Assembly (NCBI GenBank): GCA_021413805.1
Contig: JAIOPR010000096.1
Location: 1 to 56,604, forward strand
Direction: 5' to 3'
DNA: 56,604 nucleotides
Origin: Planctomycetota bacterium
Lineage (GTDB): Bacteria; Planctomycetota; MHYJ01; WSZJ01
Part shown: positions 43,891 through 53,800 of the stretch, piece by piece
Layout of the letters: every line of letters begins with the position of its first letter
Position numbering within the stretch: the first letter of the stretch is position 1
Notes under the pieces: model-generated
Database searches by the model: none
What the model was told of the DNA's origin: nothing
What the model saw: the letters and a program-made list of their open reading frames with translations, nothing else
Made by a program: the position numbers and the translations under genes

Positions 43891-44946
43891 TCACGCCCAT
43901 CGCGCCCCCGTCGGGCCGGAAACGCCTGGCCACGTGCCGTCGCGCTGCTGGTTGACAATCAGCGCCTGCTTAAGCGCTTCGCTCCAGGCTTTCCAGTTTT
44001 CCCCGGTGCCACCGTCGCGCGGCGGCCCCTCGATCTGGTAGAGGGCGAGGGTGCCGAAATACCAGCCGGAGAAATCAGGGTGTTCCCAATCGGGGAGTGA
44101 AGCGGCGATGGCGGTGGCGGCGTGCGCGAGGCCGGCATGGTTCGGGTCCCGGGAGAGGAAGATCCAGCCAGTCGCCGAAGTGGCGCCCGGTGAAGAGTCG
44201 AGCTGGTCGCTGAGACGCGCGCGGGCGCGGTCGGCGCTCTCGGCGTCGTACTCGAGTTCGCCCATCCGGGCCGCGGAGACGGCGGTGGCGGCCCACGCTT
44301 CCGCCGCGGGGTCGTTGCGAGTCGAATCGTAGCGCTGCCAGTCGGCGAGGCGATCGACGCTGTCCTGCGCGGCCTGCTTGAGGAGCGGGCTCATTGTGAG
44401 CGCGTAGGATTCGGAGAGCGCGAGGGCAACAAGGGAGGACTCGTAGGCGTCCGCCGGCTGGCAGGCCATGAGCCATTTCAGGGCGCCCTTGACCGCGGTG
44501 CCGAAACACAGGCCGTCCGAGGTCTTCTGTAAGTTCAGGTGCGTGTATCCGGCCGAGAGCAGGGTGAGGAGGGTCAGGGACGTTGCCGTCACCTGGGTGT
44601 GGATGTGCCCGTCGAACATCTCCGCTTCTCCCCCCCATGACCCGTCGGGATTCTGCGCGCGGAGCATGGCTTTCAGCCCGACAGAGGTCGTGGATTCGCA
44701 CGGTGCGGCGCCACAGCCCTCATGGCGGGCAACGGGGCGCGCACGACGGGTCCCCGCGTAGGGGACGTGCTCGGCCGGCGGTTCGTCCGGGACGGGGGCG
44801 GTCACGCCGGCCGGGAGCGGGGACTCCGGCAACAGCGCCGCGGGCGCCTCGTCCTGGCGGATGGCCGCCCGCGCGCCGGCAAAGGCCAGGGCAAGGAGGA
44901 GAAGAACGAAATATGAGGTCAGCGCGCGGGATTGCATGGAGGTCAT
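43891..44946 (-). CDS. secreted prenyltransferase/squalene-oxidase-repeat protein
   Basis: ATG at 44946 gives the signal peptide MTSMQSRALTSYFVLLLLALAFAGARA. QW-type motifs (QNPDGSWGG, QQRDGTWPG). The rest of ORF 43891..46254 is a shadow. Confidence 0.8.
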   Translation of the reverse strand: MTSMQSRALTSYFVLLLLALAFAGARAAIRQDEAPAALLPESPLPAGVTAPVPDEPPAEHVPYAGTRRARPVARHEGCGAAPCESTTSVGLKAMLRAQNPDGSWGGEAEMFDGHIHTQVTATSLTLLTLLSAGYTHLNLQKTSDGLCFGTAVKGALKWLMACQPADAYESSLVALALSESYALTMSPLLKQAAQDSVDRLADWQRYDSTRNDPAAEAWAATAVSAARMGELEYDAESADRARARLSDQLDSSPGATSATGWIFLSRDPNHAGLAHAATAIAASLPDWEHPDFSGWYFGTLALYQIEGPPRDGGTGENWKAWSEALKQALIVNQQRDGTWPGVSGPTGARWA

Positions 44947-44978
44947 AACGGGGGAGAGGGAGAAAGGTTCTGGTAAAC

Positions 44979-45157
44979 GGGAAAGCGAACGGCAAAGGGC
45001 AAGCGGAAAAGTGAAAACGCAAAACGGAAAGGAAAAGAGAAAAACGAAAAAGGACAACTGCGAGGCGGGGCCGCGGCCGTCCTCTTTTCCTTTTTCGTTT
45101 TTCCTTTTTCCTTTTTGTTTTCCCTTTTCCGTTTGCCCTTTGCCGTTTGTCGTTCCC
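44979..45157. repeat. long imperfect inverted repeat with purine-rich left arm and pyrimidine-rich right arm
   Basis: Left arm 44979-45055, GC-rich centre 45056-45078, right arm 45079-45157. The 31-nt segment AACGGCAAAGGGCAAGCGGAAAAGTGAAAAC pairs with 2 mismatches. The 16-nt segment GAAAAACGAAAAAGGA (45039-45054) pairs perfectly with 45088-45103. Confidence 0.9.
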
Positions 45158-45213
45158 TCCCCCCCCTTTCCGGGTTGCGCATTCCTCCCCCTTCCGGCTA
45201 ACTCTCCCTCCCC

Positions 45214-46383
45214 ATGCTCCGCTTCGCTCTCCTGAACATCCTCACCCGCCCGCTCCGCTCGTTCCTGGCGCTGGTCGGCGTCGCGATCGCCATCGCGGGA
45301 GTGGTCGGGCTCATCAGCGTCTCGAGCGGCCTCAAGAGCACCATGACCGACACGCTCGGGAAAGTGCACGGCCTCGTCCTGATCGAGCAGAACTCCGTTG
45401 ACCCGCTCTTCTCGAGACTCCCGCTCTCCTACGCCGCGCGGGTCGAGTCCATCCCGGGCGTGGCGGCCTGCGTGCCGGAGCTGTGGATGGTGGCGCCGAA
45501 CGTGGAAGGGCAGAAGACCGTGCTCGGGCTGTTCACGGGAATCGGGATCCTCGGGCTGGACCCGGAGCGGCACACGCATCTTCCCGCGGGGCACGTCTAT
45601 TCGCGCTCCATGAAACGCGGCCGGAATATCGAGGCCGGCGATGCAGGCACGCGGCGCGCGGTGATCTCGGAGCGGATTGCGGAGCGCTACCACAAGGACA
45701 TCGGCTCGACGATCCGCGTCGGGGAGCTCGAGTTCGAAATCGTCGGGGTGTACTCGACCGGCTCCGTCTTCCTCGACGGGACGATCGTCATGCACCTCGA
45801 GCAGGCGTGGAACATCGCCGGCGCGAAGAAGGAAAGGGACATGGTGTCGAGTTTCTACGTCGAGCCGAAGGCGACGACGCCGGAAGAGCTGTCCCGCATC
45901 GAAAAGGCGATCGAAAAGGAGTTCGCGAACGACTCGCGGAAGGTCGACGCGCTCTCGACGCAGGAATGGCAGTCGGAGTTCGGCAACATCATCGGGAACC
46001 TCGACGTCTTCCTCATCGTCGTGAGCTCGATCGCCGTCTTCGTCGGCGCGATCGGGATCCTCAACACGATGTTCATGAGCGTCACCGAGCGCGTCCCCGA
46101 ATTCGGCATCCTCAAGGCCAATGGCTGGTCCCGCGGCGACATCACCCGCCTCGTCCTCGTCGAAAGCGCCTACCTCGGCATCGCCGGCGGCCTCTTCGGC
46201 TGCGGCGTCGGCGTCGCTGGCGTCCAGATCGCCGCGCGCTTCATGCCTTTCCACCCCACCACCCCGCTCCCGCTCGTCGCCACCGCGTTCGGCGTCGGCG
46301 CGCTCCTCGGGATCCTGGGCGGGGTTTTCCCGGCGCGAAGAGCTGCCGGCCTCTCCCCCGTGGAAGCCATCCGCGCCGCCTGA
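45214..46383 (+). CDS. ABC transporter permease (FtsX/MacB-LolE family)
   Basis: N-terminal TM helix, periplasmic domain, C-terminal FtsX-like 3-TM bundle. Confidence 0.85.
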   Translation: MLRFALLNILTRPLRSFLALVGVAIAIAGVVGLISVSSGLKSTMTDTLGKVHGLVLIEQNSVDPLFSRLPLSYAARVESIPGVAACVPELWMVAPNVEGQKTVLGLFTGIGILGLDPERHTHLPAGHVYSRSMKRGRNIEAGDAGTRRAVISERIAERYHKDIGSTIRVGELEFEIVGVYSTGSVFLDGTIVMHLEQAWNIAGAKKERDMVSSFYVEPKATTPEELSRIEKAIEKEFANDSRKVDALSTQEWQSEFGNIIGNLDVFLIVVSSIAVFVGAIGILNTMFMSVTERVPEFGILKANGWSRGDITRLVLVESAYLGIAGGLFGCGVGVAGVQIAARFMPFHPTTPLPLVATAFGVGALLGILGGVFPARRAAGLSPVEAIRAA

Positions 46384-47066
46384 TGACGATATCCGCCCGC
46401 GACCTGAAGAAGACCTACACCCTCGGCGGCCGTCCCGTCGAGGCCCTTCGCGGCATCACCCTCGACCTCCCCGACCGGTCGTTCACGTTCGTGGTGGGAC
46501 CGAGCGGAAGCGGCAAATCGACGTTCATGCACCTGGCGGGGGCGCTGGACCGGCCGACCTCGGGGACGATCACGGTCGCCGGGCGCGAGCTGACCACGAT
46601 GAGCGACAACGCGCTCTCCGATTTCCGCCGCGAGAAACTCGGGTTCGTGTTCCAGGCGTTCAACCTGATCGGGAACCTGAACGCGGTCGAGAACGTGCTC
46701 GTGCCTTTCTACGCGCGCGGCCTCGCCGAAGGGATGCGGGAGAAGGCGAAGGACATCCTGAAAACCGTCGGGCTCGGCGACCGCCTCGGCCACAAACCGA
46801 AACAGCTCTCCGGCGGCGAACAGCAGCGCGTCGCCGTCGCACGGGCCCTCCTCAAGGACCCCGTCCTCCTCCTCGCCGACGAGCCGACCGGCGAGCTCGA
46901 TTCCAAAACCGGTGCGGAGATCTTCGGCCTGCTGCGTTCGCTTCACCGCGAGAAGGGCGCTTCCGTCGTCGTCGTCACCCACGACACGCGGTACATCGAG
47001 CCCGGCGACCGCGTAATCCGGATCGAGGACGGGCGGATAGTCGAGGAAACCGCGCCGCGCGGTTAG
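46383..47066 (+). CDS. ABC transporter ATP-binding protein (MacB/LolD-like)
   Basis: ATG overlaps the permease [27 protein letters not shown] and LLLADEPTG motifs. Confidence 0.92.
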   Translation: MTISARDLKKTYTLGGRPVEALRGITLDLPDRSFTFVVGPSGSGKSTFMHLAGALDRPTSGTITVAGRELTTMSDNALSDFRREKLGFVFQAFNLIGNLNAVENVLVPFYARGLAEGMREKAKDILKTVGLGDRLGHKPKQLSGGEQQRVAVARALLKDPVLLLADEPTGELDSKTGAEIFGLLRSLHREKGASVVVVTHDTRYIEPGDRVIRIEDGRIVEETAPRG

Positions 47067-47094
47067 CATTCCGCCTTCAATCAAGGAGACACCG

Positions 47095-48420
47095 ATGCTT
47101 TTCAGCGCGCAGAAAGCGTTCGACCACATCCGCGTCATGGCGAAGGACATCGGCATCCGCGCCGGCGGGTCGCCCGAGGAAAAGCAGGCGGCCGCGTACG
47201 TCGAGCGGCACTTTAAAGCGTGCGGCCTCGAGACCTCCATCGAGCCGTTCGACGTCGAGATCCCCGGCAAGGCGGAAGCGGCGGTCCACGTGGACGGCCT
47301 CGGCGAGCTGCAGGCGCGCCCGGTCTGCGCCACGGCCAGCACGCCGCCGCGCGGCATCGAGGGCGACCTCGTTTTCGTCGAGAGCGGCGAAGAGGTCTTC
47401 CTGCCGAGATCAAAGCCAGGACAGATTTTTCTCCTCTACGGCGAGCTCGGCGCCCCCGACAAGTACGAGCCCCTCATGCGCTCCGAACCCGCCGCCATCA
47501 TCCTCGTCGAGAACTCGCGCTTCATCGAGCCCCGCCTCACCAAACTCTCGAACGAAAAGCGCGACGCTTTCGGCGCCGTGCCGACCGTCCGCATCCGCTT
47601 CGAGGACGGCGACAAGCTGATGCGGAAGGGCTGCAAGCGGGCCCGGGTCGTCGCGAAGGTCAGCCACGAGTGGAAGAAATCACAGAACGTCTGGGGCGTC
47701 CTCCGCGGCACCGAGAAGCCGTGGGAAGAAATCGTGGTCGGCGGCCACTACGACTCCGTCTGGGGCGGCTACGGCGCCCAGGACAACGCGGCCGGCGCCG
47801 CGTGCGCCATGGAACTCGCCCGCGTCTTCAGCCAGCGCGGGTCGAAGCGCACGATCCGCTTCTGCACGTTCGGGTGCGAAGAGCTCGGCCTGCGCGGCAG
47901 CACGGCGCACGTCGAGAATCTGCGTAAGGCGCACGCGAAGCACGTCGCGAAGAAGCGCGGCAAGGCGTGGAAGATGGACTGGTCGCCGCTCGAGCGCACC
48001 CGTCTCATGCTCAACGTCGACCTCCAGGGGCTGCTCTTCGGCGACAACTACTGCCCCGTCGGCGGCCCCGCCGAGCTCATGTCCGCCTGCAAGCTCCTCG
48101 CGAGCGAAATGGGCCCCGCAATGAGATTCGACGACGAGTGCTACTCGTCCGACAACACGCCCTTCGCCCACGCCGGCGTCCCCACCGCTGCGTTCGGCCG
48201 CATCGGCGTCGAGCTGATGTGGGCGCACACGCCGGCCGACACTTTCGACCGCTGCTGGAAGGACTCGCTCGCGCCGATCGGGCATTACCTCGAGACTTTT
48301 ATTTCGCGCTGGGTCGCCGACCCGAAGTCGTTCCCGTTCAAGCGCGAGATCCCTGAGGTACACGCGAAGAAGGTGAAGGAGTATTTCAAGGGAAGGGTGT
48401 TCGGGTATGTCGAGGGGTAG
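47095..48420 (+). CDS. M28 family metallopeptidase
   Basis: GGHYDSVWGGYGAQDNAAGAA and GCEELGLRGS metal-ligand motifs. Confidence 0.85.
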   Translation: MLFSAQKAFDHIRVMAKDIGIRAGGSPEEKQAAAYVERHFKACGLETSIEPFDVEIPGKAEAAVHVDGLGELQARPVCATASTPPRGIEGDLVFVESGEEVFLPRSKPGQIFLLYGELGAPDKYEPLMRSEPAAIILVENSRFIEPRLTKLSNEKRDAFGAVPTVRIRFEDGDKLMRKGCKRARVVAKVSHEWKKSQNVWGVLRGTEKPWEEIVVGGHYDSVWGGYGAQDNAAGAACAMELARVFSQRGSKRTIRFCTFGCEELGLRGSTAHVENLRKAHAKHVAKKRGKAWKMDWSPLERTRLMLNVDLQGLLFGDNYCPVGGPAELMSACKLLASEMGPAMRFDDECYSSDNTPFAHAGVPTAAFGRIGVELMWAHTPADTFDRCWKDSLAPIGHYLETFISRWVADPKSFPFKREIPEVHAKKVKEYFKGRVFGYVEG

Positions 48421-48429
48421 GCCCGCCCC

Positions 48430-48914
48430 CTAGCCGGCCCGCTTCTTCACGATGGCAGACGCGATCAGCGACACGACGATCCCGGTCACGATGGTGCCGA
48501 TCGCCCCGAATGTTGCCTGGAGATACGGATTCTCCATCGAGGCTGCGAGCTTCAGCGTCTCCACAATCTGCGCTTCGGGAATCCCTTTCGAACGCAGGAT
48601 CGATTCCTGCGCCGCGCGGATTTCGTCGAAGTAATTCGGGAAGACGACTTGGGTGAAGAGGAGAGAATTCAGGAAGACGAGGGGTGCGGCGACGATGGAG
48701 GTCCCGGCGCCGCGGACGAATTTCCCGAAGAATCCAGCGCATCTTTCGATGCGCCGCGGATGACAAAGGTGAGGACGACGACCTGGATCAGGACGACGAA
48801 CCAGAACATGAATTGAAGTTTGGGGTCTTTGTACCAGCCTGTGAACCCGATGACGTACATCCAGGAGGCGAGGAGCACGGCGAGGAGGATGCCGGGTACG
48901 ATGGATTTCTTCAT
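48430..48914 (-). pseudogene. DUF4199-like small membrane protein with a frameshift (or sequencing error)
   Basis: MKKSIVPGILLAVLLASWMYVIGFTGWYKD...VIRGASKD, then a shift near 48740 into AGFFGKFVRGAGTSIVAAPLVFLNSLLFTQVVFPNYFDEIRAAQ...GIVVSLIASAIVKKRAG. The span is 485 nt, which is not a multiple of 3. Confidence 0.55.
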
Positions 48915-49092
48915 GGCCGGAAGCCTAGACCCACGCGGGGGATCGGGCAAGCCTGAACCGCCTGGCGGGCGGCTGGACGGCTCAAAAACGGGAGTTCCGG
49001 CCAGTTGCCCCCGGAGGGGTGATTTCGGCCTTGTCCAGCCCAAAAAACGCCACGGTCGGCCGTCCTGATCCTGGCCTTCAGGTTCCTATTGG

Positions 49093-50748
49093 ATGGTACG
49101 CCAGCCCGGTTATGATCACCCCCCCATTCCAACGGTACCGAGTCGCCGGCGACGGGGTGGAGAACCTGACAAGCGAGGGGGCAGTATCGTGAGCGCTCGT
49201 GTCGGATCATCGAGGGAGGCAGAGCCCCGTGCTGAATTGCACGGCGGTGGCTCCGTCGCCGACGCGTTGCGCCAGGTCTCGCGCGTCTTCGACCCGCACG
49301 GGGATCGCTCGCCGTTCGTTCCGGCCGTGCCCATGGACTGCCTCGGGGATGCCCAGTTTCGTGCGGACTTCGGGCTGAAATACGCCTACGTCGCCGGGGC
49401 GATGGCGAACGGGATTGCGTCGGTCGAACTGGTGGAAGCGGTCAGCCGCGCGGGGATGCTCGCGTTTTTCGGTTCGGCGGGGCTTGACCCGGCACGGGTG
49501 GAATCGGCCATCGACCGCCTGCAGCGGGACCTGGGGAAGCGGCCGTGGGGCGTGAACCTCATCCACAGCCCGAACGAGCCGGAGCTGGAAAACGCGATCG
49601 TGGACCTGCTGATCAGGCGCAACGTCCATCTCGTGGAAGCCTCGGCCTACATGGAACTTACGCTGCCGGTCGTGCGTTATCGCGTGCACGGCATCCGGCG
49701 TTCGCCCGACGGCACGATCGTGACCCCCAACCGCATCCTGGCGAAGGTCTCCCGGGTGGAGGTCGCTTCGAAGTTCTTTTCGCCGCCGCCGGAGAAGTTC
49801 CTGCGCACTCTCGTCGACACAGGCGTCATAACTGCTGAACAATTCGAAATTGCCGAACAGATCCCGATGGCGCAGGACCTGACGGCGGAAGCCGATTCGG
49901 CCGGGCATACTGACAACCGGCCCGCGCTGGCCCTCCTCCCGACGCTTTTTGCGCTTCGCGACCGGCAGCAGAAGCAACTCGGCTTCGCCCAGCGGCTGCG
50001 CGTCGGTGCCGGCGGCGGGATCGCGACGCCGGCGGCCGCGGTGGCGGCGTTCAGCATGGGCGCGGCGTACATCATGACCGGGTCGATCAACCAGGCCTGC
50101 GTGGAATCGGGGTCTTCGGACCTGGTGCGGAAGATGCTGGCCGAAGCTCAGCAGGCCGACTGCGCGATGGCGCCGGCGGCGGACATGTTCGAGATGGGGG
50201 TCCGCGTGCAGGTGCTCAAGCGCGGGACGATGTTCCCGATGCGCGCGGCGAAACTGTTCGAGCTCTACCGGCAGTACCCGAGCCTCGAAGCGATTCCCGA
50301 AAGCGAGCGGGCGGCGCTGGAAAAGAACACTTTTCGCGCGACGCTGAACGAAGTCTGGCTCCAGACGGAAAGCTACTTCCGGACGCGTGACGCGGCCCAG
50401 ATTCAGCGGGCCGAACGCGATCCCAAGCACAAGATGGCGCTGGTGTTCCGTTCGTACCTCGGGCAGTCGTCGCGCTGGGCCAACGCCGGCGAACCGTCGC
50501 GGCAGATGGACTACCAGGTCTGGTGCGGTCCCGCGATGGGCGCCTTCAACGAATGGACCAAAGGCAGCTTCCTCGAACGAGTCGAAAATCGCCGCGTCGC
50601 CGATGTCGCCTTGAACATCCTTTACGGGGCGGCGGTGCTGACACGGGCGCATATCCTGCGGCTGCAGAACGTGGAAATTCCGGCGGAATTGCTGGCGTGC
50701 GCCCCGCTGGCGGTGGCGGAAATTGAAAGGTTGAGCACACCAGTGTAA
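49093..50748 (+). CDS. pfaD: PfaD-family enoyl reductase (2-nitropropane dioxygenase-like) of a PUFA/polyketide synthase
   Basis: YAYVAGAMANGIASVELVEAVSRAGMLAFFGSAGL and downstream PfaD-type blocks. The start is uncertain (ATG 49093 or GTG 49189). Confidence 0.88.
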   Translation: MVRQPGYDHPPIPTVPSRRRRGGEPDKRGGSIVSARVGSSREAEPRAELHGGGSVADALRQVSRVFDPHGDRSPFVPAVPMDCLGDAQFRADFGLKYAYVAGAMANGIASVELVEAVSRAGMLAFFGSAGLDPARVESAIDRLQRDLGKRPWGVNLIHSPNEPELENAIVDLLIRRNVHLVEASAYMELTLPVVRYRVHGIRRSPDGTIVTPNRILAKVSRVEVASKFFSPPPEKFLRTLVDTGVITAEQFEIAEQIPMAQDLTAEADSAGHTDNRPALALLPTLFALRDRQQKQLGFAQRLRVGAGGGIATPAAAVAAFSMGAAYIMTGSINQACVESGSSDLVRKMLAEAQQADCAMAPAADMFEMGVRVQVLKRGTMFPMRAAKLFELYRQYPSLEAIPESERAALEKNTFRATLNEVWLQTESYFRTRDAAQIQRAERDPKHKMALVFRSYLGQSSRWANAGEPSRQMDYQVWCGPAMGAFNEWTKGSFLERVENRRVADVALNILYGAAVLTRAHILRLQNVEIPAELLACAPLAVAEIERLSTPV

Positions 50749-50817
50749 GAAAGCCGTGACGGTCACACCTTCAGGTTCCGGAACGGGCGACCAGGCCTGT
50801 CCCAACGAAACGCGAGG

Positions 50818-53800
50818 ATGAACGATTTGAACGCCGACGAATCAAACCCCTACGTACCGCTCGCCATCGTGGGCATGGGTTGCCTCTTCCCCAGGTCCGC
50901 GGGGCCCGGTGCCTATTGGGGCACGATCCGCAACTCGGTCGATGCCATCTCGGACATTCCCTCGACGCACTGGCGGCCGGAAGACTATTTCAGCGCCGAC
51001 CAGAAGAAGGCCGATCACACCTACGCGCGGCGCGGCGGCTTCATCTCGCCCGTCCACTTCAACCCCCTCGAATTTGGAATTACCCCGAACAACCTCGAAG
51101 CGACCGATACTTCGCAACTGCTGGGCATGTGGGCGGCAGGGCAGGCGCTCAAGGACGCGGGGTTCGACCCGAAGAAGCACAACAAGGACCGCGTCAGCGT
51201 GATCGTGGGGGTGACGGGCACGCTGGAGCTCGTGATTCCGCTCGGCGCCCGCCTCGGCCATCCGCTCTGGCGCAAGGCGCTGAAAGACTCGGGCGTGCCG
51301 GACGCGCAGGCGGAAGACGCCGTGCAGCGCATCGCCGACGGCTACGTGAACTGGCAGGAAAATTCCTTCCCCGGGCTCCTGGGCAACGTGGTCGCCGGGC
51401 GCATCGCCAACCGCTTCGACCTCGGCGGAACCAACTGCGTCGTCGACGCAGCCTGCGCGAGCTCGCTCAGCGCGATCCACCTGGCGGGACTGGAACTCGC
51501 CGAACGGCGCTCGGACATGGTCGTGACCGGCGGCGTGGACACGTTTAACAGCATCTTCATGTACATGTGCTTCAGCAAGACGCCCGCGCTTTCGCCCAGC
51601 GGCAACGCGCGGCCCTTCGACCGCGACGGCGACGGCACGATCCTGGGCGAAGGACTGGGCCTGATGGTGCTGAAGCGCCTCGACGACGCCAAACGCGACG
51701 GCGACCGCATCTACGCCGTCATCAAGTCGATCGGGTCGTCGAGCGACGGCAAGGGCAACGCGATTTACGCGCCCCGGCGCGAAGGACAGGTCCGGGCGCT
51801 GAAGAACGCCTACAAGCTGGCGAACGTCGCGCCGGAAAGCATCGAGCTGATCGAAGCGCACGGGACGGGCACGAAAGTCGGCGACGCGACGGAACTGTCT
51901 GCGCTGACGGATGTGTTCCGCGAAGCGCGCCCGGAGGGGACGTGGTGCGCGCTAGGGTCGGTGAAGTCGCAGATCGGGCACACGAAAGCGGCGGCGGGCG
52001 TGGCGGGGCTCATGAAGGCGGTGCTGGCGCTGCACTTCAAGACGCTTCCGCCGACGATGAAGATCGAACAGCCGCTGGACGGTCTCGCGCCCGGCAAATC
52101 GCCGTTCTATGCCTGCACTCAGAAGCGGCCGTGGCTGCCGCGCGCGGAACATCCGCGGCGGGCGGGCCTGAGTGCCTTCGGCTTCGGCGGAAGCAACTTC
52201 CATTGCGTGCTGGAAGAAGCGGAAGCGGCGAAGAACTCGGTGGACTGGGACGGCGACGTGCAGCTCGCGGCGTTCTCGGCGCCGGATGCAGCGGTCCTGC
52301 TGAAGCAGCTGGACGCATTCCCCGTTGCGGGAACCTGGGACAGCATTCGCGTGGCGGCGCAGGCGTCGCGAGCGGCGTTCAGGTCGAAGGACGTGTTGCG
52401 ACTGCTTGTGGTGTTGCAGCAGAACGCGGACGCGAAGATGGCGATCGAGCAGGCGAGGCGCAAACTCGGCGACAACGCCACTGCGGCCTGGACCCTGCCG
52501 GATGGGACTGCGTTCGGTGCCGGCGCGGCGAAGGGCCAGCTGGGCGTTCTGTTCCCGGGGCAGGGTTCGCAGTACGTCGGGATGTTGCGCGACCTGGCGT
52601 GCCAGTTCCCGGAGATGCTCGGCGCGCTGACCGAGGCGGACGCGGCGTACGCGGAAGGACTTTCGCTGCAGGCGGGAGAGCGGCTGAGCGACCGGATCTA
52701 CCCGTACCCGGCGTTCGATGACGAGAGCCGCGAACGGCAGGAGGAGCGTCTGCGTGCGACCGACACTGCACAACCGGCGCTGGGCGCGGTGAGCATCGGC
52801 GCGTGGCGCGTGCTGGAACGCTTCGGGGTCCGGGCCGACGCCACTGCGGGACACAGTTACGGCGAGTTGACGGCGCTCTGCGGGGCGGGTGTCATCACGC
52901 CGCGGGCGCTTCACGCACTTTCCCGTGTGCGGGGCGATGTGATGGCCGCGGCGGGCCGCCATGGCGACGCGGGCACGATGCTGGCGGTGCAGGCGCCGCT
53001 GGCGACGGTCGAAGCGCTGATTCGCGACGAGAAACTGGATGTCGTCCTGGCCAACCGCAATGCCCCGAACCAGGCGGTTCTGTCGGGGGCCAGTGCGGCG
53101 ATCGAGAAAGCGCAGGCCGTTCTCAAGGCGCGCGGCGTGACGTGCAAGAAATTGAATGTCGCGGCGGCGTTCCACAGCGCGCTGGTTGCGGACGCGCAGA
53201 AGCCACTGGCGGCGGCCCTCGCGGGCGTCACTTTCGCCGCACCGCGCGTGCCTGTGTTCAGCAACACGACGGGCCAGGCTTACCCGTCTTCACCGGAAGA
53301 GAGCCGCCGTCAACTGGCGAAGCAACTCGCGTCGCCGGTGCAGTTTGTCAGCGAAATCGAAAACCTGCACGCGGCGGGCGTGACAACGTTCCTGGAAGTC
53401 GGTCCCGGGGCAAAGCTGGGCGGGCTGGTTCGGGCGATCCTGGGCGAACGGCCGCACACGGTGATCGCGCTGGACTCGTCGTCCGGCCAGCGCGCCGGCA
53501 TTGCGGACCTGGCGCGTACGCTCGCTCAACTGGCCGCACTGGGGCACACGGTGACACTTGCGCCATGGGACGAGGCGTTCGATCCCGCGAGCCTGTCCGC
53601 GAACACCGAAATACCGGGATTGACGGTGCCGCTGAACGGCGCCAATTATGTGCGGCCGAAGACAGCGCGGCCGCCAACCCCGGTGGCCAGGCCTGCCGCA
53701 GTACCCTCAAGTCCCTCCTCTGCGCCGGCAGTCAAGTCGATGTCGAATCCCATTCCCACTTCGCCACCTTCCATGGCCACACCGAGAGCGACACCCATGA

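Noticed and set aside
44979-45157. CRISPR array or tandem repeat array
   Set aside because: The short GGAAAAG/CGGAAA-like units are degenerate and irregularly spaced, there are no unique spacers, and the two halves are reverse complements. No cas genes are present in the window.
43891-46254. 787-aa minus-strand ORF
   Set aside because: Only the last 351 codons (from ATG 44946, with a good signal peptide and QW motifs) look like protein. The upstream part runs through the purine/pyrimidine inverted repeat and antisense to the ABC permease gene, with Arg/Asp/Glu/His-rich low-complexity translation typical of GC-rich shadow frames.
49075-49092. A fifth copy of the promoter-leader repeat upstream of pfaD
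   Set aside because: Only the last ~18 nt (GGCCTTCAGGTTCCTATTGG) resemble the terminal block. The promoter pair and internal blocks are not recognisable, so it is noted only as a partial resemblance.
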